DNA of 64,000 nucleotides from Selaginella moellendorffii (Eukaryota; Plantae; Lycopodiophyta): NCBI RefSeq assembly GCF_000143415.4, contig NW_003314292.1, positions 1,433,498 to 1,497,497 of the forward strand, read 5' to 3'. Shown piece by piece: positions 63,008 to 64,000 of this stretch (position 1 is its first letter; each line of letters starts with the position of its first letter). The notes under the pieces were generated by a model. It saw only the letters and a program-made list of their open reading frames with translations, ran no database searches and was not told where the DNA came from. The position numbers and the translations under genes were made by a program.

Positions 63008-64000
63008 AAGCAAATAGTTTGACCATGACCTTCTTAAAAGTCAATATTAGTCACATGGATTACATAATCAATACACTTGTATACTTTGCTCTCGCTGCAA
63101 GGTGGTCCCTTCGTACTCGGTGCTCGCTCCCTCCTCACCTGCCAAATACCTCCCAACCTCAAGGCTGCTGCCAAACTCGTTGCGGGAGAACGCAATAACA
63201 GCTCTCCATGCTAGGCAAGAGCGTTCACTTCCACTGGCCACGCCTTCTGAAGATCAGCCAAGCCTCCCCACGACTCATATTGCAGTGGAGTAGAAGATGG
63301 AGGATGTTTCTGTCCTGCGTCGATACAAGTCGGGTTCTCCACGCATTAAGCTGGACCATCTTCCCTGGGTTCTGGGTGTACATCCTTCCGCCCTACGTCG
63401 AGGAAAGGAAAGACAAGCTTGATCTTGTCTCCAGCCTTGTAAATCTTGGTGGAGGGAACATCTTCCGTACAAGCTCGCCCGCCTTGTTGCCCTGCTGACG
63501 GGGACGGCCAGCCAGCAGGCCCTCGTGATTTCTTCTTGATCAGAATGAGCATTGATATCTCTTCCAGGCACCGAGGAGATCCTGAAAGCCTGCTCGCTGT
63601 ATATCGTCTGGGCCCGACGACGACGTGAAAGCTTTTCTATCCGACTTCGACGTCTCGACGTCGTGTCCCCCCTCCTTCCTCCATGGATGAGTTCTTCGAT
63701 GTCACGAATGAGGCTGGGCGGTTTTCCACTTGCTTGGTTCCTTGGTGGCCGGGGAGGAGTACTTCGACGCGACGGCAATGCAGTTCCAGCGAATCTGGGA
63801 CCTGCTGAGAGATTGTGTGTCCCAAACGCTTATCGACGAAGGAGTCATCACGGAACTTCCATGATGGAAGTTCTTCAGCAAGTCGAATCGGCCGCGCAAT
63901 ATCATCATGGGCCGGGGAAAAAGCGCATTTGGCGAGGAGAGGAAGAATCCCCACAAGTTTGAGAAGGTGAAGGCCGAGCTCGCTGCGAAGATTATGGAAC
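63008..64000 (+). pseudogene. Second copy of the CRN-like pseudogene (runs off the window)
   Basis: Near-identical to 36470-37412, including RIWRGEEES. Confidence 0.6.

Larger units (their letters stand above)
31533..64000 (+). repeat. Tandem segmental amplification, about six units of 4-7 kb
   Basis: The order NUP85 piece, CRN remnant, orphan gene, spacer recurs. Identical junctions occur at 46810, 55339 and 59270. Confidence 0.92.

Noticed and set aside
31533-64000. Array as an autonomous transposon or Helitron
   Set aside because: No transposase or Rep-helicase, TIRs, LTRs or TSDs seen; head-to-tail junctions fit tandem duplication.

Overview
Eukaryotic, gene-dense plant DNA with very short (about 50-65 bp) GT-AG introns. 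This style and the PPR content suggest a lycophyte such as Selaginella (inference). The first 11 kb is mostly decayed DNA-level duplicates (chorismate synthase, O-fucosyltransferase) around one apparently intact, divergent SWEET-like gene. 12-33.4 kb holds intact genes: a VWA protein, an O-fucosyltransferase, a PLS-PPR, GLDH, LIP2, a gene with a P1BS-rich promoter, a His-rich secreted protein, and a head-to-head LMBR1/NUP85 pair. From 33.4 kb to the end is a tandem amplification of about six units. Each unit carries broken NUP85 pieces and a copy of a 5-exon, 263-aa orphan gene (three intact copies, three broken), with remnants of a Crinkler-like REase-kinase gene alongside. This orphan-gene array is the best candidate for an undescribed system, possibly a defence or toxin island. 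Its function is not established from sequence alone. An N gap (50477-50840) lies inside the array. All gene models were spliced by hand and no database searches were run.
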